From contig NC_092672.1 in the NCBI RefSeq assembly GCF_964355755.1, forward strand, positions 30,510,437 through 30,574,436: 64,000 bases of DNA, written 5' to 3'. A program made the position numbers and the translations under genes. Positions within the stretch are counted from its first letter, which is position 1. Each line of letters opens with the position of its first letter. The notes below the pieces were generated by a model, which was not told the DNA's origin, searched no databases, and worked only from the letters and a program-made list of their open reading frames with translations. Positions 1 through 12,610 of this stretch are shown here, one piece after another. Source of the DNA: Antedon mediterranea (taxonomy: Eukaryota; Animalia; Echinodermata).

Positions 1-180
1 GTTATTAAAAATGGCCGCCATTTTTAATTATGCAAATTAGGCTACTTCCCGTTGTCGAAAAATGTCCTAACGTTGATAAATGTCTTCAGTAGGGTCTAAA
101 GAACACATTTCATCAAAAAAACCTTTTCTTGCAATTTGTGTGAGAAAAGGGTCATTTTTTAGCTAAATCCCATGGACTAT

Positions 181-522
181 AAAGGTTCCGCTCCAAGTTA
201 CCTGAGAGATATTCTTACTGTGCGGAATATTTCTCGCAGGCAGTACTCGTTCAAGCACCAGCAATTATAACCTGACAATCCCACGAACTAAACGAAAGAC
301 ATTTGCTGACCGTTCGTTCGCCGTAGCAGGACCCAAAATTTGGAACAGATTACCAAGTCACATTAAACACTTAGACGACTATAATCAGTTTAAAAAACAT
401 TTAAAAGCACTATATTTCAAACAATGTTACGATACTAATTGATGTGAAGCGCCGCTGATTATAACTAAATGTTGTATAAATGTGCGCTATACAAGTAATA
501 ATAATAATAATAATAATAATAA
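181..522 (+). mobile_element. 3' end of an L2/CR1-group LINE
   Basis: Translates, with one frameshift, to KGSAPSYLRDIL...LTIPRTKRKTFADRSFAVAGPKIWNRLPSHIKHLDDYNQFKKHLK, a typical LINE ORF2 C-terminus. A short 3' UTR and an (AAT)n tail follow. Confidence 0.8.
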
Positions 523-959
523 CGTGGGGAATAATGTTAACAACTATACTTTCCATAAAGTTATTGATAACATCTACCTAACTTTATAAGAAAGTTCTGA
601 AAAATATTCAAAAATTTTATTTACATAACGTTTTTGATGCCATTTTCCTAACGTTGTAAGAACATACAAGATAACGTTTACAATTACCACAGTAATTACA
701 ATTAACACAGCCAAAGAAATAGGATTTCTACGGTAGTTCTTTTATCAGACAAATTGCTTACACAAACACGTTTCTGGAAGGTAGGTTATTTTATATCTAT
801 GAATACGTCATTAATTGTAAAATAGTAAATTAAAGACGTAAATGACGACGGTATATATACTAGAGCACACATTAGGCTAGTACAGGTTTGTTATACAGAA
901 ACGTATTATGATGAGCATATGTTTTGGGAGTTAGGAATCCTTTCTTAACAACAACATTA

Positions 960-1713
960 GGCGATACTGCAGTTTCGCACCACACCGTTATATCTTCGAT
1001 TTCTGACCTAAATTTTTCTTTTTCACACTCAATACCTAATATTATGTAACATGTTTATACGATTCGACCACTTACGAAGTAATTTTTTTTAAATAACAAT
1101 ACTTTTCAAAACATTTTAAACAATACTGAACTCGATGTCAACACACTACGAAATGTTCGCCATCTTATATTTATCACTTAATTGCCAGAATGTATGCTTC
1201 ATTTTCCCAAAAAAATGTAGAAACAATAGAGGCCAGTGTTATAGAATCCGATTACACATATATAGGCCTAGGCCTATTTAGATTTGAAAGGCAAGAAATA
1301 TTTTCAGCTGGCGAAAGAGAGGTTTAATTAATATTTCATTATTAATATTAGTATTATTATTCATATTAATAGGTCCTATCAATGTTTTATGTACAGACTC
1401 ATATCGTCGCAGTTTTGATATGTACAGCTAGCTGGTTCTTTATAAAAACCACTCTTTGCAATTTAAAAATAAAAACAGAAAATAAAACATACATTGATTT
1501 CTGGCAATTTTCTGATTCTAAAATGGCCACAGTTCGATCAAGGTATTCGCGGAAATGGAGCTGTTTTGAAAGGCATTTTTTATTGTGATAAAGCTAAATA
1601 TAACGGTGGCTAAATCATGGAAACATGTTACATTTAAATGGCCCAAAATTGTATGATGTGGGTGTGAGAAAAATCGAAGATTTAACAGTGTAGTGCGAAA
1701 CTGCAGTAGCGCC
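960..1713. mobile_element. MITE / non-autonomous DNA transposon
   Basis: About 43-bp imperfect TIRs (GGCGATACTGCAGTTTCGCAC... / ...GTGCGAAACTGCAGTAGCGCC) with CAACATT on both flanks. A partial inverted copy lies at about 12020-12610. Confidence 0.7.
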
Positions 1714-1873
1714 CAACATTTTTGTGTATTTTTAAATCTTCAAAAAGAGTTCACAATTGTCTAGACGTATTATTATAGTGACGTCTATACGTATTATTGA
1801 CGTCTATACGTATTATTATATTGACGTCTATACGTATTATTATAGTGACGTCTATACGTATTATTATAGTGAC

Positions 1874-4800
1874 TGTAAAGAAGACCCGTGTCACACGTTA
1901 ACGTTTCCAAACAACTTTAATTCAACAATGATCAGATGTTCGAAATCTGCAACAACAATAACAAATTACATAAACACATGCATAAAGCTAGGCCTAGACC
2001 ACTGTATAAAGCTCCCAAAAGCAAACTAGACAAAAAACTCATTAGAGCTACAGTATATAATAATATCAAAGTACAATACAGTGAATGCACTACTCAAAGA
2101 ACTTACACTATTACGTCTACATTAAGGTTATATTTCACGGGAATTCTCATAAGATGTGCGTATCAATCACCAATTCAAAGATTCACATGGTCAACATGAC
2201 CTCTGACCCACTCTTATTATCTAGAACTAGAGAGGGCGCTAAACCATTAAACAAGATATAAAGTCAAACTTTACATTCCGCCCCACGAAACAAACTATTC
2301 ATTAATGCCGTCTACTGCCACTAGAACGATCAATCGTTGCACTGCACGAGTTACAGTCTGCTTCGCATTTCTATCTTCATTTCTTAATTCAACTTGCACC
2401 GTTCTCACTTTTCCGTTTATGTCTGGATACACACTGGAACCCAATCCCATCCTCCATTTCCCACGGGCGGTGTTGCTATCCTGCACCAACACGACATCTC
2501 CGATCTGCATATTTCTCTTCTCATGATGCCATTTTTGTCTAACTATTAATGATGGGAAGTAATCTCTGTTCCATTTACCCCAGAAAGACTTTATTAAGCT
2601 TTGTACAAATTCGATACGGTTTCTAATGTTATTGGTAGCTCTCCATGGTCCACTCGGTACTCTGGTTGTAGCACGTCCCAATAAAATCGTATTTGGACAT
2701 AAGTATGCCCCATCTTCGGGATCGGTTGGATGTCTCCCAATTGGCCTTTCGTTAACCAAGTTGGCTACCTCAAATAGCACGGTTTGTAATTCGTTAAATG
2801 GAAGAACTTGTCCACCAATGGCATGATGTATACCTTTCTTTATACCTTTGTTCAGTATCTCTGTTACTCCATTTTGCCAGGGAGAATCCGCGGCTGAAAA
2901 CTTCCAAGTAGTACCTTTGGTGATGCCGAAATCATGAAGATCACTCTCCTGCCATCCGTCAATTACCCCTTTTAACTCCTTCGAAGCAGAAACTAATTGA
3001 TTGTATATCTCAGTGGGGTATCCTCTTATGGACACAAATCTACGAAATGCTTGTAGAAATCCAGTTGTGCTGTAGTCCGTGGCGAGGTCTAGATATACGG
3101 CTTGAGTAACAAAACAGGTGAATATGATTCCATAAGCTTTTCCTCTTGCTCTCTTGTTTACTTCGCCACGAGTTATAAATGGACCAAACAAGTCAACACC
3201 GATGAATGACCATGGTGGAGAGGGCTTCAATCGCTCAATAGGTAATTGTCCCATCTGTTGTCCGGACATGTCTTTCTCTCTCTTCCTACAAGGAACACAA
3301 TGGTGTCTGATGCTTTTGGCTAATCTCTGTAAATTCAGAATCCAATACCTCAAACGAACAAGGGATACGGTAGACTGTACACCACAATGACTCCTATTAT
3401 GTGCATGTGTAACATATAGTTTCGAAAATCGATGGTTTGCTGTCAATAGCGGTACTTCTTGGTTGTTGTAGCTAAAGTTAATATGCCTCTGCGCACGAGC
3501 TCCTACTACAATCACACCATCATCTTGTACTCTAGGTGATAGCTTAGCATACTGGTCATCGAATCGTTTTTCATTGTTTATGAGCATGTCCATTATTGGT
3601 TTTTGGCACTCGATAATCCACAAGAGTTCGGCTTCATTGATGTCATTTGCTGTTAGAACATTTAAAGCGCCGGCAATTTTTTTCATTTTATACATGTTTT
3701 TCATTTTCGTGTTGTATGCAACAGCCTTCTCTGGATCCTTTTTTAACCTATTCTCAAGAGATTTTAGAGCGAAAAGTGCGGCGTTTCGATTATTTGGCAA
3801 TTCAGCTGGGTCTTTAATCCAGGGATATTCTGCAATCCAATGAGAACCACAAAATTTGAGATTTTTCTCGATCAACGCCAATTCCCTTTCTTCCTTCAGT
3901 GTGTATTCCTTTGCGCCAACGGGACATCTCCCACAACGACAGCTACCACATTGAGGGTTGCACTGAACACCCATTCCTGCCATCTTAATAAATGAATCCA
4001 AACTGCAAGTTGTAACATGATGTATTAATGCTGCAGTCTTTACAAGCGTTGTTGTATTTTCTTTTAGGGTTGGATGTGAACCGCCCAAGCATTTTCCAAA
4101 TCGGTTCTCGAGCAAAAGTAGATGTTCCGCAGCTTCCATTCTTATTGGGTGATAACCTGCGTACTCGTATCCTACAAGCAAGTCAACTTGGCCAGTTGGT
4201 CGCTTGATCTCTTCAAATCGGACTTTACTGAATAGTCCCACTACATGCTGCACTGCTATGCATTCTATATTTGACGTAATCTGGTCAATACCGTATGCAG
4301 ATATGTTGATCACGGATCCCTGTTTGTCGATTAGAGGTACAATATAATGGAAACTGTCTATTTCCTCTGTTAGTCCTCCAATCTTCGTAATGGCAATTTT
4401 CAGAGGCTGACCCTTAAGCTTGGCTGCCCTTGCCGATTTGTTTGTTACGAGAGATGCCGTTGCACAGCCATCAAACAAGACATTCATATGCCCAGCTCCC
4501 ACCTTTATGCTCATCAACTGCAAAAGGCAGGCTCCAGTTTGTTTAGAAGTGGCGACCCCCGTGTGGTGATTTAATGTTGTTTTGGGTTGACTATTGTCTC
4601 CAACAGTATCGTCATGTAGGCTTGAGTGGTGTAAGCGTGAACATTCAGATACACCACATTGTCGTTTGTTTTTGCATTCAGCTATACGATGCCCTCTTAC
4701 TAGGCAGCCAAAACATGCACCCTTGGCCCTAACAAGTTGTGTTTTGTCAGATAGGTTCATTGCAATGTAAGCCCGGCATTCAGGCGTGGTATGCTGGCCC

Positions 4801-6731
4801 ATGTCATGGACTAAGCAGTTCTTGTTGTTTTCAGATTTGGGTGCGTCGTTTCTCTCTTCAATGTTTGTGGTGTTAATGGTAAAGCGCGAAGACGGCTTCG
4901 ATCTCACTCCCGACACTTCGTATTCTACACTTTTCTTTTCCCTCACTAAAAATTTAAGAAGCGCAGGAAATCTGTCAGTTCTATCAATTACTGCTTTTTC
5001 ATCATATAATGACCGTGACCATTCTCTTCGAATAGCAGGTGGCAATCTCCTCTCAATGTCACTAACCACTCTGGTGTTGGACATTTCCTTCTCCATTCCT
5101 AATTTCCGTAGGTCATTATGACCTCTCTCGATGATGTCGACAAACTCAACAAATCTTTTGTCGTCTCCGTCTTTGAGTGAGTCGATACTTTCAAAGTCAT
5201 GCATAACGGCATCTGCTAATTTTATTGGGTCGCCATACCGCTCATCCAATCGCTTCCATATTTCGTTGATATCATCATCTACGGCGCCTACAACTTGTAG
5301 AGGTTTTTCTCCAAGAGATTTCCGCAAAACGAATGCTGCTTGATCCCTTGTGGTCTCAGGCAAAATGAATTTTAGAAAGTCTGTTTTGAATCTAGGGTAG
5401 GCCCTTACATCTCCGTCAAAGGTTGGCAATCGCATTTTTTCCAATTGTATACCGCCTTTTCTCTTTTCATCTACTGTCTTCTGAGTTTTGCTTTTGTCGA
5501 GGTGCTCCAAAAATATAGCAACAGCACTACTGGTCTCGCCGTACTTATCACGTACTGACTGGAGCCACAGATTTTCATTTATTGCCTCTTCATTGGGAAG
5601 CATGGAAACGTATTGCATATGTGCAGTTTTTACGTCTTCCATCAATTTTACAAGGTCAGCCCTTGCAGCTTTAACACCCTCAACAGAATTCTTGTTAATC
5701 AATTGGATTATCTGATCGCAAAGTTGTTGAAAATCATCATGTTGTATGCTACGAACGTTTTTCGCTCTCATTGCTGATATTTGGACTTCTTCCTCCTGCA
5801 GATGCCTTCTGTCAATTGCCTCAGAATCTATGTGCTGTTCATTAATGCGTGTTTTGTGTCTAAGTATCATTTCTCTTACTTCATCATATGTCTTCCCTAG
5901 TTGGCCAATCCAATTCTCATTCTCCTCTTCGTCCTTTGCAGACTGTAAAACTACTGATTCATGTCGATCGTTTACTGATTTCCAGGCTTCCTTCAAGTCA
6001 GCATTCAGCATATGTACATATTCTATTGTTTTATTCTGGTCAATTGCGGCGACGATAGAATTACAAATTCTTGTAAAACGTCCCTTGGCAATACGTCTCA
6101 ATTTCTTATAATCGGGGTCAGCCATGTTTTATAGAATAAAATTAAAGTCGGTGATTCAAGTGAATACAGTTCTGTGTATACAGTAATACAAGGATGTAGC
6201 TCCTGGCGCAGTCAAATATTGGTATCACACCGAAAGAACGGTAACTTGAGTGCGTGATGAGCAGGTTCATAAACAGGTCAGCAGAGTGCTGTCACTTCTC
6301 ACTGTGCACGTAGAACACAGTATTTCGAATGTAAAGAAGACCCGTGTCACACGTTAACGTTTCCAAACAACTTTAATTCAACAATGATCAGATGTTCGAA
6401 ATCTGCAACAACAATAACAAATTACATAAACACATGCATAAAGCTAGGCCTAGACCACTGTATAAAGCTCCCAAAAGCAAACTAGACAAAAAACTCATTA
6501 GAGCTACAGTATATAATAATATCAAAGTACAATACAGTGAATGCACTACTCAAAGAACTTACACTATTACGTCTACATTAAGGTTATATTTCACGGGAAT
6601 TCTCATAAGATGTGCGTATCAATCACCAATTCAAAGATTCACATGGTCAACATGACCTCTGACCCACTCTTATTATCTAGAACTAGAGAGGGCGCTAAAC
6701 CATTAAACAAGATATAAAGTCAAACTTTACA
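1874..6731 (-). mobile_element. BEL/Pao LTR retrotransposon, internally deleted
   Basis: 402-bp LTRs (1874-2275 and 6330-6731, TGT...ACA, no difference found by eye), 5-bp TSD GTGAC (1869-1873 / 6732-6736), and a purine tract (minus strand GTGGGGCGGAA) next to the 3' LTR. Confidence 0.95.
2295..6125 (-). CDS. BEL/Pao Gag-protease-integrase polyprotein without RT/RNase H
   Basis: 1276-aa ORF with BEL gag (LPTFDG; knuckles CFGCLVRGHRIAEC and CGVSECSRLHHSSLH), protease-like VLFDGCATAS, and integrase HHCC, GVDLFGP, WQNGVTE and C-terminal GDVVLV. No RT or RNase H motifs are present. Confidence 0.9.
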   Translation of the reverse strand: MADPDYKKLRRIAKGRFTRICNSIVAAIDQNKTIEYVHMLNADLKEAWKSVNDRHESVVLQSAKDEEENENWIGQLGKTYDEVREMILRHKTRINEQHIDSEAIDRRHLQEEEVQISAMRAKNVRSIQHDDFQQLCDQIIQLINKNSVEGVKAARADLVKLMEDVKTAHMQYVSMLPNEEAINENLWLQSVRDKYGETSSAVAIFLEHLDKSKTQKTVDEKRKGGIQLEKMRLPTFDGDVRAYPRFKTDFLKFILPETTRDQAAFVLRKSLGEKPLQVVGAVDDDINEIWKRLDERYGDPIKLADAVMHDFESIDSLKDGDDKRFVEFVDIIERGHNDLRKLGMEKEMSNTRVVSDIERRLPPAIRREWSRSLYDEKAVIDRTDRFPALLKFLVREKKSVEYEVSGVRSKPSSRFTINTTNIEERNDAPKSENNKNCLVHDMGQHTTPECRAYIAMNLSDKTQLVRAKGACFGCLVRGHRIAECKNKRQCGVSECSRLHHSSLHDDTVGDNSQPKTTLNHHTGVATSKQTGACLLQLMSIKVGAGHMNVLFDGCATASLVTNKSARAAKLKGQPLKIAITKIGGLTEEIDSFHYIVPLIDKQGSVINISAYGIDQITSNIECIAVQHVVGLFSKVRFEEIKRPTGQVDLLVGYEYAGYHPIRMEAAEHLLLLENRFGKCLGGSHPTLKENTTTLVKTAALIHHVTTCSLDSFIKMAGMGVQCNPQCGSCRCGRCPVGAKEYTLKEERELALIEKNLKFCGSHWIAEYPWIKDPAELPNNRNAALFALKSLENRLKKDPEKAVAYNTKMKNMYKMKKIAGALNVLTANDINEAELLWIIECQKPIMDMLINNEKRFDDQYAKLSPRVQDDGVIVVGARAQRHINFSYNNQEVPLLTANHRFSKLYVTHAHNRSHCGVQSTVSLVRLRYWILNLQRLAKSIRHHCVPCRKREKDMSGQQMGQLPIERLKPSPPWSFIGVDLFGPFITRGEVNKRARGKAYGIIFTCFVTQAVYLDLATDYSTTGFLQAFRRFVSIRGYPTEIYNQLVSASKELKGVIDGWQESDLHDFGITKGTTWKFSAADSPWQNGVTEILNKGIKKGIHHAIGGQVLPFNELQTVLFEVANLVNERPIGRHPTDPEDGAYLCPNTILLGRATTRVPSGPWRATNNIRNRIEFVQSLIKSFWGKWNRDYFPSLIVRQKWHHEKRNMQIGDVVLVQDSNTARGKWRMGLGSSVYPDINGKVRTVQVELRNEDRNAKQTVTRAVQRLIVLVAVDGINE

Positions 6732-9700
6732 GTGACGTCTAGACGTATTATTATAGTGACGTCTAGACGTATTATTATAGTGAGGTCTAGACGTATTATT
6801 ATAGTGACGTCTAGACATATTATTATATTGACGCCGAGACGTACTGTTATAGTGACAACTAGACGTACTGTTAGTGACGTCTAGACGTGACTGTTATAGT
6901 GACGTCTAGACGTACTGTTATAGTGACGTCTAGACGTACTGTTATAGTGACGACTAGACGTACTGTTCAGTGACGTCGAGACGTACTGTTATAGTGACGT
7001 CTAGATGTACTGTTATAGTGACGTCTAGACGTACTGTTATAGTGACGTCTAGACGTAATTATTATAGTGACGTCTAGACGTAATTATTATAGTGACGTCT
7101 AGACGTAATTATTATATTGACGTCTAGACGTAATTATTATAGTGACGTCTAGACGTAATTATTATAGTGACGTCTAGACGTATTATTATAGTGACCTCTA
7201 GACGTAATTATTATTGTGACCTGTAGACGTAATTATTATAGTGACGTCTAGACGTATTATTATAGTGACGTCTAGACGTATTATTATAGTGACCTCTAGA
7301 CGTATTATTATAGTGACGTCTAGACGCATTATTATAGTGGCGTCTAGACGTACTGTTATAGTGACGTCTAGACGTATTATTATAGTGACGTCTATACGTA
7401 TTATTATATTGACGTCTATATGTATTATTATTGACGTCTATACATATTATTATATTGACGTCTATACGTATTATTGTGACGTCTAGAAGTATTATTATAG
7501 TGACGTCTAGACGTATTATTATAGTGACATCTATACGTATTATTTTAGTGACGTCTAGACGTATTATTATAGTGACGTCTAGACGTATTGTTATAGTGAC
7601 GTCTAGACGTACTGTTATAGTGACGTCTAGACGTACTGTTATGGTGACGTCTAGACGTACTGTTATAGTGACGTCTAGACGTACTGTTATAGTGACGTCT
7701 AGACGTAATGTAATAGTGACGTCTAGACGTACTGTTATAGTGACGTCTAGACGTACTGTTATAGTGACGTCTAGACGTACTGTTATAGTGACGTCTAGAC
7801 GTACTGTTATAGGTGACGTCTAGACGTACTGTTATAGTGACGTCTAGACGTACTGTTATAGTGACGTCTAGACGTACTGTTATAGTGACGTCTAGACGTA
7901 CTGTTATAGTGACGTCTAGACGTACTGTTATAGTGACGTATATACGTATTATTATATTGATGTCTATACGTATTATTATAGTGACGTCTAGAGGTATTAT
8001 TATAGTGACGTCTAGACGGATTATTATAGTGAAGTCTAGACGTATTATTATAGTGACGTCTATACGTATTATTTTAGTGACGTCTAGACGTATTATTATA
8101 GTGACGTCTAGACGTATTATTATAGTGACGTCTATACGTATTATTATAGTGACGTTTATACGTATTATTATAGTGACGTCTAGACGTATTATTATAGTGA
8201 CGTCTAGACGTATTATTATAGTGACGTCTAGACGTATTGTTATAGTGACGTCTAGACGTATTGTTATAGTAACGTCTAGATGTACTGCTATAGTGACGTA
8301 TAGACGTACTGTTATAGTGACACCTAGACGTACTGTTATAGTGACGTCTAGACGTAATGTAATAGTGACGTCTAGACGTACTGTTATAGTGACGTCTAGA
8401 CGTACTGTTATAGTGACGTCTAGACGTACTGTTATAGGTGACGTCTAGACGTACTGTTATAGTTACGTCTAGACGTACTGTTATAGTGACGTCTAGACAT
8501 ACTGTTATAGTGACGTCTAGACGTACTGTTATAGTGACGTCTAGACGTACTGTTATAGGTGACGTCTAGACGTACTGTTATAGTGACGTCTAGACGTACT
8601 GTTATAGTGACGTCTAGACGTACTGTTATAGTGACGTCTAGAGGTATTATTATAGTGACGTCTAGACGGATTAATATAGTGAAGTCTAGACGTATTATTA
8701 TAGTGACGTCTATACGTATTATTATAGTGACGTCTAGACGTATTATTATAGTGACGTCTAGACGTATTATTATAGTGACGTCTATACGTATTATTATAGT
8801 GACGTCTATACGTATTATTATAGTGACGTCTAGACAAATTATTATAGTGACGTCTAGACGTATTATTATAGTGACGTCTAGACGTATTGTTATAGTGACG
8901 TCTAGACGTATTGTTATAGTGACGTCTAGATGTACTCTTATAGTGACGTCTAGACGTACTGTTATAGTGACACCTAGACGTACTGTTATAGTGACGTCTA
9001 GACGTAATGTAATAGTGACGTCTAGACGTACTGTTATAGTGACGTCTAGACGTACTGTTATAGTGACGTCTAGACGTACTGTTATAGTGACGTCTAGACG
9101 TACTGTTATAGTGACGTCTAGACGTACTGTTATAGGTGACGTCTAGAGGTACTGTTATAGTGACGTCTAGACGTACTGTTATAGTGACATCTAGACATAC
9201 TGTTATAGTGACGTCTAGACGTACTGTTATAGTGACGTCTATACGTATTATTATATTGACGTCTAGACGTATTATTATAGTGACGTCTAGAGGTATTATT
9301 ATAGTGACGTCTAGACGGATTACTATAGTGACGTCTAGACGTATTATTATTGTGACGTCTAGACGTATTATTATAGTGACGTCTAGACGTATTATTATAG
9401 TGACGTCTAGACGTATTATTATAGTGACGTCTATACGTATTATTATAGTGACGTCTATACGTATTATTATAGTGACGTCTATACGTATTATTATAGTGAC
9501 GTCTAGACGTATTATTATAGTGACGTCTAGACGTATTATTATACTGACGTCTATACGTATTATTATAGTGACGTCTATACGTATTATTTTAGTGACGTCT
9601 AGACGTATTATTATAGTGACGTCTAGACGTATTATTATAGTGACGTCTAGACGTATTGTTATAGTGACGTCTAGACGTATTGTTATAGTGACGTCTAGAT

Positions 9701-12019
9701 GTACTGTTATAGTGACGTCTAGACGTACTGTTATAGTGACACCTAGACGTACTGTTATAGTGACGTCTAGACGTAATGTAATAGTGACGTCTAGACGTAC
9801 TGTTATAGTGACGTCTAGACGTACTGTTATAGTGACGTCTAGACGTACTGTTATAGGTGACGTCTAGACGTACTGTTATAGTGACGTCTAGACGTACTGT
9901 TATAGTGACGTCTAGACATACTGTTATAGTGACGTCTAGACGTACGGTTATAGTGACGTCTAGACGTACTGTTATAGGTGACGTCTAGACGTACTGTTAT
10001 AGTGACGTCTAGAAGTACTGTTATAGTGACGTCTAGACGTACTGTTATAGTGACGTCTATACGTATTATTATATTTACGTCTAGACGTATTATTATAGTG
10101 ACGTCTAGAGGTATTATTATAGTGACGTCTAGACGGATTATTATAGTGAAGTCTAGACGTATTATTATAGTGACGTCTATACGTATTATTATAGTGACGT
10201 CTAGACGTATTATTATAGTGACGTCTAGACGTATTATTATAGTGACGTCTATACGTATTATTATAGTGACGTCTATACGTATTATTATAGTGACGTCTAG
10301 ACGAATTATTATAGTGACGTCTAGACGTATTATTATAGTGACGTCTAGACGTATTGTTATAGTGACGTCTAGACGTATTGTTATAGTGACGTCTAGATGT
10401 ACTGTTATAGTGACGTCTAGACGTACTGTTATAGTGACACCTAGACGTACTGTTATAGTGACGTCTAGACGTAATGTAATAGTGACGTCTAGACGTACTG
10501 TTATAGTGACGTCTAGACGTACTGTTATAGTGACGTCTAGACGTACTGTTATAGTGACGTCTATACGTACTGTTATAGTGACGTCTAGACGTACTGTTAT
10601 AGTGACGTCTAGAGGTATTATTATAGTGACGTCTAGACGTATTATTATAGTGATGTCTAGACGTAATTATTATAGTGACGTCTAGACGTAATTATTATAG
10701 TGACGTCTAGACGTAATTATTATAGTGACGTCTAGACGTAATTATTATAGTGACGTCTAGATGTATTATTATAGTGACGTCTAGACGTATTATTATAGTG
10801 ACGTCTAGACGTATTATTATAGTGACATCTAGACGTAATATTATAGTGACGTCTAGACGTATTATTATAGTGACGTCTAGACGTATTATTATGATACTAC
10901 TACTACTATATAGGACTATATATAATATTATATTTTATTATTAGTATTAGCTGCTAAATTAAAAACTAAGGTTTTGTGTACAGTACTAGTAGGCCTTATG
11001 GGATATCTGTAGTTCAATAAGTAACATATTGACACCCGGAGATTGACTACGCCTTTGCTGTTTTAATTTATCTGTATTTATTTTTTTGATGTATAGGCAT
11101 AAGAAAATGAAATGTATTCTAAAATGTTTTATTTGTTAATATAAAAATTAAACATTTCATTCATCTATGTTTCAGGATAGGTTTATATTTTTAGGATGCA
11201 TGGATTCTTTTTTCTATTTTGGGGAATAAATTAAAATTCATAAGAACACCTGTCAGAATAATGAATCTTTTGAATTGAATTGGTGAATTCTCTAGCATTA
11301 ATGTGTCATTTACATTTTTACCTGCACAGGTGCTTCGGATGCACCAAACATCAAACAAAAGAAACAAGTGGATCAAAATGGAAGGTACGTTTACTAGGAT
11401 GTGCATCTTGATGCAAACAAATAAATTAGAATGAAATATAACTGAGCTGTTGGTGCAATATTGAATCCAATAGATTTTGTATAATTGTATCTCCACAGAA
11501 TTCAGTCTCTATGATTCGACCACGCAAGAGGGTAGACAGAAGACGGATGGATCATATAGAAATTTCTTTTTTATTATATGAATCTCTTGAGCAACGAAAT
11601 AGCTAAATTGCATCAACACACTCCACTGGGACATGAATACCACTGATTTCGCACCGTGATATTCTACAAAACACTTGATTTTCATGTTCCCACCTAAATA
11701 TCTCGGCTATTAAAAATCAGATTTTTTTGGTTAGTAGCTCAAAATAAACAGTAGACAATACTGAACATTATGATATATGTTTGAATTTGTAAATTTAAAA
11801 AAAGTATGTGTCATTTTACCTTTTAAAACTCACCATCCACAGTGCCCGCTGACAATTTTTTACCTATTTTCTAAGGGCCTGTTTCTGCTGCATAAAAATA
11901 ACCGGTTAAAATCAGTGTGAATAAATTAAAATCGGTGTGAATAAATGAACTCCATTTTCTTGGCAGCAGAAACAGGACAAATTTGTGGTAACCTGTTAAA
12001 AGACAGCGCAAAATCGCTT

Positions 12020-12610
12020 TTTTTTTTCACACCCACATCATACAATTTTGGGCCATTATGTAACATGTTTCCATGATTTAGCCACCGTTATATTTACCTT
12101 TACAATAAAAAATGCCTTTCAAAACAGCTCCATTTCCGCGAATACCTTGATCGAACTGTGGCCATTTTAGAATCAGAAAATTGCCAGAAATCAATGTATG
12201 TTTTATTTTCTGTTTTTATTTTTAAATTGCGGAGAGTGGTTTTTATAAAGAACCAGCTAGCTGTACATATCAAAACGGCGACGATATGAGTCTGTACATA
12301 AAACATTAATTAAAATTCCAGTATATCACCGGGCGGTTTAGAACTAATGTTCTTTGCCTGTCGTGTTTATATATTATATTCATGAAATGTATTATTTGAA
12401 ACTCGTACTTACTTTTTTTAATACCTTATTCATTTGTTTTATTATTGATTGAAGGAAAGAAAATAAATGTTTACATTGAATTGAATTGAAAATTGATAGG
12501 ACCTATTAATATGAATAATAATAATATTAATAATGAAATATTAATTAAACCTCTCTTTCGCCATCTGAAAATTTGTCTTGCCTTTCAAAACTAAATAGGC
12601 CTAGGCCTAA
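12020..12610 (-). mobile_element. Partial inverted copy of the 960-1713 MITE, interrupted by a short insertion at about 12307-12492
   Basis: The spurious ORFs 1382-1588 (+) and 12100-12306 (-) are nearly identical. The insertion ends in (ATTGA)n, like a LINE tail. Confidence 0.7.

Larger units (their letters stand above)
1759..10892. repeat. 24-bp satellite array (AGTGACGTCTAGACGTA[TTA/CTG]TTAT), split by the LTR element at 1874-6731
   Basis: Directly visible tandem monomers at 1759-1873 and 6732-10892, with two main variants arranged in blocks. Confidence 0.97.

Noticed and set aside
1-180. Possible right end of an Academ-like element (...TCCATGGACTA)
   Set aside because: The partner end is outside the window, so it cannot be supported.
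1936-6655. Two identical 87-aa ORFs (1936-2199 and 6392-6655)
   Set aside because: They are antisense ORFs within the two LTRs.
6732-10892. CRISPR-like array of palindromic repeats
   Set aside because: There are no unique spacers and no cas genes, and the context is eukaryotic.
7241-10944. Long ORFs of VTSRRIII/VTSRRTVI repeats
   Set aside because: They are translations of a 24-bp satellite, broken by 25-bp variants, with no gene structure.
1382-12306. Duplicated 68-aa ORF on opposite strands
   Set aside because: It lies inside a MITE repeat and has no recognisable protein features.
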